Source: Candidatus Azambacteria bacterium RIFCSPLOWO2_01_FULL_46_26 (GTDB taxonomy: Bacteria > Patescibacteriota > Minisyncoccia > UBA9936). From it: 53,701 nucleotides of DNA. Shown piece after piece: positions 48,895 to 53,701 of the stretch (position 1 is its first letter; each line of letters opens with the position of its first letter). The notes beneath the pieces are model-generated. The model worked only from the letters and a program-made list of their open reading frames with translations, did no database searches and was not told the DNA's origin. The translations under genes were made by a program, and so were the position numbers. The stretch covers positions 1 to 53,701 of the forward strand of contig MEYT01000042.1 in assembly GCA_001774105.1 (NCBI GenBank), in the 5' to 3' direction.

Positions 48895-50820
48895 ATGGAA
48901 AAAATTTTGCTCAAATTAATACGCGCCGCTGTTATATTGGCCGTTTTTGTCCCCCTCGCCGGCGGCTATGTTTATTTCTTTCCTCTGGAGTTCGCTAAAA
49001 CGACTCTTCTCAAAATCATCATTGAAGCCGCTGTGGTTCTTTATTTAATCCTGCTCGTCATTGATTCAAATTGGCTCCCGTGGAAGAAAATTCGATTCGG
49101 CGCGCTTGAAATCGCGCTTCTTGGTTATTTCGCCACTGTGATTGCCGCGGCCGTCTTTGCTCAAAATCCTTATCTTGCTTTCTGGGGCGAGCCGGAACGC
49201 GGAGGCGGAGTTTTTTCTTTGATCCACTACGGTCTGCTGTTTTTCCTTGCCTTAATTTTTTTTGACGACGAAAAAAAACGGCGAAAGCTCTGGAATTGCG
49301 CGATTGCCGTCAGCGTCTTCATTGCCGCGATTGCCGTTGAACAAAAATTCAATTTTTTCGGCATCCCCTTTCTTAACTATTACGAGCGCTCGGCCTCAAC
49401 CATCGGCAATGCCAATTTTTTGGCCGCCTATCTTTTGCTTTTGATATTCCCCACTTTTGCTTTCGCGCTTCGCTCAGAAAAAAAACGCGAGGCGGCGTTC
49501 TATTTCTCGGCCGCGATTATTCAGGGAACCGCGATTATCTCAAGCGCTTCCCGCGGAGCGTTTCTCGGCTTGATCGCTGGCGCGCTTTTATTTCTTTTTT
49601 TGTATCCGACAAAAGCCGAGCTTGGCTTCGCGAAAAGACATATTCCAAAATTGGCAGCCGTCTTTCTCATTCTCGCGCTTGCCGGTTTTTTTTATTTCGC
49701 GAAAACAAACGAATCCGGCAATTTCTCGGCCCCGGAAGACAATATCATCAGGCGATTGACGACGATTTCTTTAAGCGAACACACCACCCAAACCCGGCTT
49801 CTTGCGTGGCAAATCTCCTGGAACGCGTTTAAAGAAAAACCGCTTCTTGGCTGGGGACCGGAAAATTTTTCAATCGGTTTTGACAAACATTTCAACCCGG
49901 AACTGGAAAAATGGGGCAAAACCGAAACATGGTTTGACCGCGCTCATAATTTTATTTTTGACATCGGCGTCACTTCGGGCATTGTCGGACTCGTTGCCTA
50001 TCTTGCGATTTTTGCCGCTACTTTTTATAAACTCTCTCTGAAGAAACGGCGACTTTTATCAAACCCTCAATCTACCATTTACAATCTAAAATCTAAAATC
50101 ATCATATTAACCGGACTTCAAAGCGCGTGGGTTGCCTATCTGGTTCAAAACCTCTTTAACTTTGACACGGTGTCAACATACATCATTTTATTTTTACTTT
50201 TGGCTTACACAATTAATGTTATTGATTTGTCCACACCGCCCAAAACCGTCATTCTGAGCGAAGCGAAGAATCTCGCAGAACAAGAAGATTCTTCGGTCGC
50301 TCCGCGACCTCAGAATGACAATCAACAAACAATTTATAAACCTTTTATTATTTTTATCTTTAAAACAATCAGCATGTTGATAATCATTCTCCTCTTCTCA
50401 AAACTCATTTTTTTTGCCTCTCTTCGTCCGTTTTGGACAAATTCCGAAGTCAATCGCCTCGTCAGTTTAATCCAAATTAATTATCCCCGAAACGCTGAGC
50501 GCGTATTTGGTCAATTTTCAAAACTCGCCGAGACGCAAACGCCGTATGACCATTATTTTTACCTTTTAAAACAAAGCCCGTGGGAATTCGCGTACGCCAA
50601 AACTTTAAGAGACCGTGACCCGAAAAAAAGCGAAAAAATAGTCCGAGAAACAATTGAAAAAGTAAAAAAATACGGCCGACTAAGGCCGCATTACGCCAGG
50701 AACTACACGTTTTTGGCTGATCTTTACGATTTTTTGATTCAACAAGGACACTCGGAATTTCAAAAAGACAAAGACGAGGCGTTGAGAAAAGCAAAAGAAT
50801 TAAGCCCGTTTCGCTACTAA
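48895..50820 (+). CDS. O-antigen ligase/Wzy_C family membrane protein with a helical-repeat C-terminal domain
   Basis: 641 aa with more than 10 TM helices. SSASRGAFLGLIAGALLF is the typical Wzy_C loop context. The C-terminal soluble part is TPR-like. It contains an in-frame 72-nt palindromic repeat at 50248-50319. Confidence 0.8.
   Translation: MEKILLKLIRAAVILAVFVPLAGGYVYFFPLEFAKTTLLKIIIEAAVVLYLILLVIDSNWLPWKKIRFGALEIALLGYFATVIAAAVFAQNPYLAFWGEPERGGGVFSLIHYGLLFFLALIFFDDEKKRRKLWNCAIAVSVFIAAIAVEQKFNFFGIPFLNYYERSASTIGNANFLAAYLLLLIFPTFAFALRSEKKREAAFYFSAAIIQGTAIISSASRGAFLGLIAGALLFLFLYPTKAELGFAKRHIPKLAAVFLILALAGFFYFAKTNESGNFSAPEDNIIRRLTTISLSEHTTQTRLLAWQISWNAFKEKPLLGWGPENFSIGFDKHFNPELEKWGKTETWFDRAHNFIFDIGVTSGIVGLVAYLAIFAATFYKLSLKKRRLLSNPQSTIYNLKSKIIILTGLQSAWVAYLVQNLFNFDTVSTYIILFLLLAYTINVIDLSTPPKTVILSEAKNLAEQEDSSVAPRPQNDNQQTIYKPFIIFIFKTISMLIIILLFSKLIFFASLRPFWTNSEVNRLVSLIQINYPRNAERVFGQFSKLAETQTPYDHYFYLLKQSPWEFAYAKTLRDRDPKKSEKIVRETIEKVKKYGRLRPHYARNYTFLADLYDFLIQQGHSEFQKDKDEALRKAKELSPFRY
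50248..50319. repeat. GTCATTCTGA...TCAGAATGAC element inserted in frame (72 nt = 24 codons) in the Wzy_C gene
   Basis: GTCATTCTGAGCGAAGCGAAGAATCTCgcagaacaaGAAGATTCTTCGGTCGCTCCGCGACCTCAGAATGAC encodes VILSEAKNLAEQEDSSVAPRPQND. Confidence 0.88.
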
Positions 50821-51186
50821 CTCTTTTATCCTTTCAACCATCTCCTCAATTTTAACTTTCGCCTTGACGAAATAGGTCTCCGCGCCCATATCCATTCCGC
50901 GCTTAACGTCTTCGTCCTGCCCCAAATTGGAAATGATGACAATCGGTATGTCTTTTGTTTCCGGATTTTCCTTTATCACCTTTAAATATTCAAAACCGCT
51001 GACCACGGGCAGCATCAAATCAAGCAAAACAAGGTCCGGCTTTTCGGTTTTTGTCAGCTCAATCGCCTCTCCGCCGTCAATGGCGGTAATTACCGCAAAG
51101 CCGGCGAGCGTCAATTTCGCTTCGTAGGCCTTGCGCACGAATCTGTCGTCTTCAATAATTAAAATTTTGCCCAAAGATTGAGTCAT
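50800..51186 (-). CDS. Single-domain response regulator (CheY-like receiver)
   Basis: 128 aa. Contains ILIIEDD, PDLVLLDLMLP (phospho-acceptor Asp), and Ser/Lys positions (IVIISN, FVKAK). Its 3' end overlaps the convergent Wzy_C gene by 21 nt. Confidence 0.9.
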   Translation of the reverse strand: MTQSLGKILIIEDDRFVRKAYEAKLTLAGFAVITAIDGGEAIELTKTEKPDLVLLDLMLPVVSGFEYLKVIKENPETKDIPIVIISNLGQDEDVKRGMDMGAETYFVKAKVKIEEMVERIKELVAKRA

Positions 51187-51188
51187 GT

Positions 51189-53258
51189 TTATTTCTTTAT
51201 TTTAGGGCTTATAGGTTGGAGGGCGAACGGCAATGTGAAATAAAAAGTCGTCCCCTTGTTTTCTTCGCTTTCAAACCAGACCCTCCCTCCGCTCATCTCG
51301 ACGATCTGTTTCACGATATAAAGTCCCAGCCCCGAGCCGACGGTTTGGCGCATGACGACGTTGTCTCCCCTGAAGAATTTGGTAAAAATTTTATCTTGCT
51401 GATGTTTTGGGATTCCCCAGCCGTTATCGGAAACCCTGAACAAAATTTCATTCGTTTCTTTTGAAATTTGAAAAACAATGCTTCCGCCTTCGGAATTGTA
51501 TTTTGAAGCGTTTGTCAAAAGATTGCTGATGACCTGAAAAATAAGTCTCGCGTCAAGGGCCGCTCGCGGCGATTCGGCGGGTTTGATAAACTCAAATTTC
51601 TGCTTTCGCTCCTTTATTAGCGGCATTACTTCTTCAATTACTTCCTCGCTTAATTTAATCAAATCAACCGGCCGCGGCTCAAGAACCAGCTGGCCGCTTT
51701 CTATTTTTGAAACATTCAAAAGCGCTTCAACCAGCTCTATCATCCGTTCGTTTGATTGATAAATTTCGTTTAAATAATCTGTCTGCGTCTCGGTAAGAGG
51801 TCCGGCGTCTCCTCCTAAAATAAGTTCCAAAAACGCTTTAATGCCGCTTGAGGGCGTTCTGAGCTGGTGCGAAGTTAAAGAAACAAATTCCAATCTCGCC
51901 TTTTCAAGTTCTTTTTGGTTGGACATGTCCGAAAATACCCAAATCCGGCCCATCATCGTCATTTCTATTGACCATGCCGGGGTGGTAAATAATTTAAAAG
52001 TCGGTTTTGCCGTACCCGCGACAATACCATACTCGGTTAAAGGACGATTCAAGGTCAATTCTTTTTCAAGTATGGCATAACTTGAAAACGCCTTTCTGAA
52101 CCAATTTTCCAGCGCCTCCGGCGCGCTATTATTTTTTTTATCCGCGGAATTCTCCGGCGGCTGGTTCGCCCCCCCGCTATTTTTGGCGGGCAAATTCGCC
52201 GCGGCCTGAGCGAAAGAATTTTTTATCAACTCAATAAACGCGTCGAATGGCCGATTTATTATTTCTTTGGCCGCCGGCTTAAAAACCTTTTCAAACATTT
52301 TGTTCACGGCAACGACAACGCCCTCCGTGTCCGTAAGAACAACCGCGTCGTTAATGTTGGTCAAAATAGTTTCGGTTTTTGATTTTTCGCGCAGGGTATT
52401 TTTTTTCTCCTGCTCCGCGTCCTGCAAGGCGTTTAAAAGCAAGAGCCGATAGGATTCCTCGCTTTCGCCCTTTTGCTTCAAGGCCCGACGCATAAAATCA
52501 AGGTTCTCCGCCAGATGTCCGATTTCGTCTTTCGCGGACGGCTTAATCTCAAAATCAAAATCCCCTTTGGCAATCTTTCCGGCGCCCTCGCCGAGCGAAG
52601 CCAGAGGACGATGAACAAGATATTGCAATATCACGGCAAAAACGAAAAATAAAATCAGGAATTCGGCGGCCAAAATCAAAATGAAAAATCTCGCCGTGTC
52701 GGCAAAGAGCAGATTAAAAATTCGCGCGCTTTGATAAATCTCAACCACTCCGACCGGCTTATTTTGGCCGGGAAACATTATCGGAACATAAATCTCAAAA
52801 ACTTCTCCCAGTCCAAGATCGTATATATGTTCGGGTTTTCCGGCAAACTCTTCCGCCTCCTCTCTCTCAAAACCCGTCTGTCCTGTTTGGAACGCCCGTT
52901 TGACCGATTCATTTTCCGGAAATCGCTTACCCATAAGCCCTTCCGCTCCGGGGTCTGTAAAAAGCACTTCAAGCTCCGGACTCCAAATTTTAATTCGCAA
53001 AGTGTCCGGAAAAAACAGGACCTCCTCAACCAAGTCGTTAAATTTTTCTTTTGCCGAGACGGTCTTTGGATTGAGCCAGTTCTCATGCGTTGTTTCATGA
53101 AGCGCGTGTCCCACGACATGCGTTTCCTGCTGAATTTTAAGGAACATAATCAGATTGTTCTCTATCATCCGGTTGGTAGTGAAAAACAAAGCAACGCCGA
53201 CTGCCGCGATAAAGGCAATCAAAAAAAGTGAAATTTTATTGGCGAGGTTTAACCGCAT
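51189..53258 (-). CDS. Sensor histidine kinase (TM-sensor-TM, HAMP, PAS-like, HisKA, HATPase_c)
   Basis: 689 aa. Contains the H box SLTSHQLRTPSSGI, an N box, G boxes (DNGWGIP, GSGLGLYIVKQIV) and a HAMP-like LVHRPLASLGEGAGKIAKGDFD. Confidence 0.9.
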   Translation of the reverse strand: MRLNLANKISLFLIAFIAAVGVALFFTTNRMIENNLIMFLKIQQETHVVGHALHETTHENWLNPKTVSAKEKFNDLVEEVLFFPDTLRIKIWSPELEVLFTDPGAEGLMGKRFPENESVKRAFQTGQTGFEREEAEEFAGKPEHIYDLGLGEVFEIYVPIMFPGQNKPVGVVEIYQSARIFNLLFADTARFFILILAAEFLILFFVFAVILQYLVHRPLASLGEGAGKIAKGDFDFEIKPSAKDEIGHLAENLDFMRRALKQKGESEESYRLLLLNALQDAEQEKKNTLREKSKTETILTNINDAVVLTDTEGVVVAVNKMFEKVFKPAAKEIINRPFDAFIELIKNSFAQAAANLPAKNSGGANQPPENSADKKNNSAPEALENWFRKAFSSYAILEKELTLNRPLTEYGIVAGTAKPTFKLFTTPAWSIEMTMMGRIWVFSDMSNQKELEKARLEFVSLTSHQLRTPSSGIKAFLELILGGDAGPLTETQTDYLNEIYQSNERMIELVEALLNVSKIESGQLVLEPRPVDLIKLSEEVIEEVMPLIKERKQKFEFIKPAESPRAALDARLIFQVISNLLTNASKYNSEGGSIVFQISKETNEILFRVSDNGWGIPKHQQDKIFTKFFRGDNVVMRQTVGSGLGLYIVKQIVEMSGGRVWFESEENKGTTFYFTLPFALQPISPKIKK

Positions 53259-53284
53259 GCGACAGAAAATCTATACGCTATAAG

Positions 53285-53698
53285 CTAAAACGTAAAATTT
53301 GAAAAAGAATTAACGAATTTGATGAATTGCCTGCCGACAGAGCTAAGCTCGGCTTTGCCGGAAGAAATTTTATTTTCCTTCGCGCTTTCTTCTTTCGCGC
53401 CCTCATTTGTTTCCTCCGCCGTTCGCGAGCGGCGAATAAAAGAAATTCCGGAAACAATAATCACAAACCCGCCCAAAACCCAGAGCCGATGCTGTACTTC
53501 ATTCAGTTCATAGGATATATGAAAGACTTCCCCAAACAATGTTTCCGTTACGTGGCCAAGCCCCAATATAAAAAGACCAAACACCACCAGCCACCACCCT
53601 TTTTCATTCCTCGTCTCCGCACTCGACGCCGTAATCGCGCCCAAGGCCGCGACAATAAGCAACGAGATGTCCAGCACTACGACAAATGTTTCCAACAT
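53285..53698 (-). CDS. Membrane protein of unknown function, first gene of the kinase operon
   Basis: 137 aa with 3-4 TM helices and a charged tail. It lies 26 nt upstream of the kinase gene. Confidence 0.6.
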   Translation of the reverse strand: MLETFVVVLDISLLIVAALGAITASSAETRNEKGWWLVVFGLFILGLGHVTETLFGEVFHISYELNEVQHRLWVLGGFVIIVSGISFIRRSRTAEETNEGAKEESAKENKISSGKAELSSVGRQFIKFVNSFSNFTF

Positions 53699-53701
53699 TA
53701 T

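Noticed and set aside
48693-48998. ORFs 48693-48914 (minus) and 48786-48998 (plus)
   Set aside because: They are translations of the GC-rich hairpin array. They are mutually antisense, have no RBS, and overlap the Wzy_C start.

Overview
This window is 53.7 kb of compact, gene-dense bacterial chromosome that uses the standard genetic code (TAA, TAG and TGA all terminate well-supported genes). The gene content suggests a small-genome Patescibacteria/CPR-like organism: a minimal housekeeping set, many tiny membrane ORFs, giant secreted multidomain proteins, and a secretin-less type IV pilus cluster. That taxonomic assignment is inference only.

Positions 1-30.5 kb are mostly housekeeping genes:
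- lemA and a class-III aminotransferase
- groES-groEL behind a textbook sigma70 promoter plus CIRCE operator
- uvrA, clpP and a short uvrC lacking the C-terminal HhH domain
- secG, a family-5 solute-binding protein and PGI/PMI
- tRNA-Leu(CAG), RNase J, trpS, PMM/PGM, ychF and proline dehydrogenase
- rpsF-ssb-rpsR, recA, a RodZ-like protein and ftsK

Positions 30.8-48.6 kb form one co-directional (minus strand) type IV pilus-like supercluster of about 18 kb. It holds two paralogous pilins, PilB, PilC, four prepilin-type or PilX-like minor pilins, a PilM-PilN fusion and a PilO-like protein. Unknown secreted proteins of 186, 902, 271, 182 and 1070 aa are embedded among them. A Wzy_C/O-antigen-ligase-like gene and a two-component system follow.

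The most interesting signal not explained by genes is three families of palindromic repeats:
- Long palindromes built of ATACGAAT/ATACTAAT units lie directly 5' of recA and of three pilus transcription units.
- GTCATYCTGA...TCAGAATGAC multi-hairpin elements occur at three loci, and one is inserted in frame in the Wzy_C gene.
- CCCCGTTAGA...TCTAACGGGG inverted repeats occur at two loci, and one encloses the uvrC start codon.

I saw no rRNA, CRISPR array, transposase, integrase or prophage genes. All functional calls come from motif recognition by eye; no database search was run.
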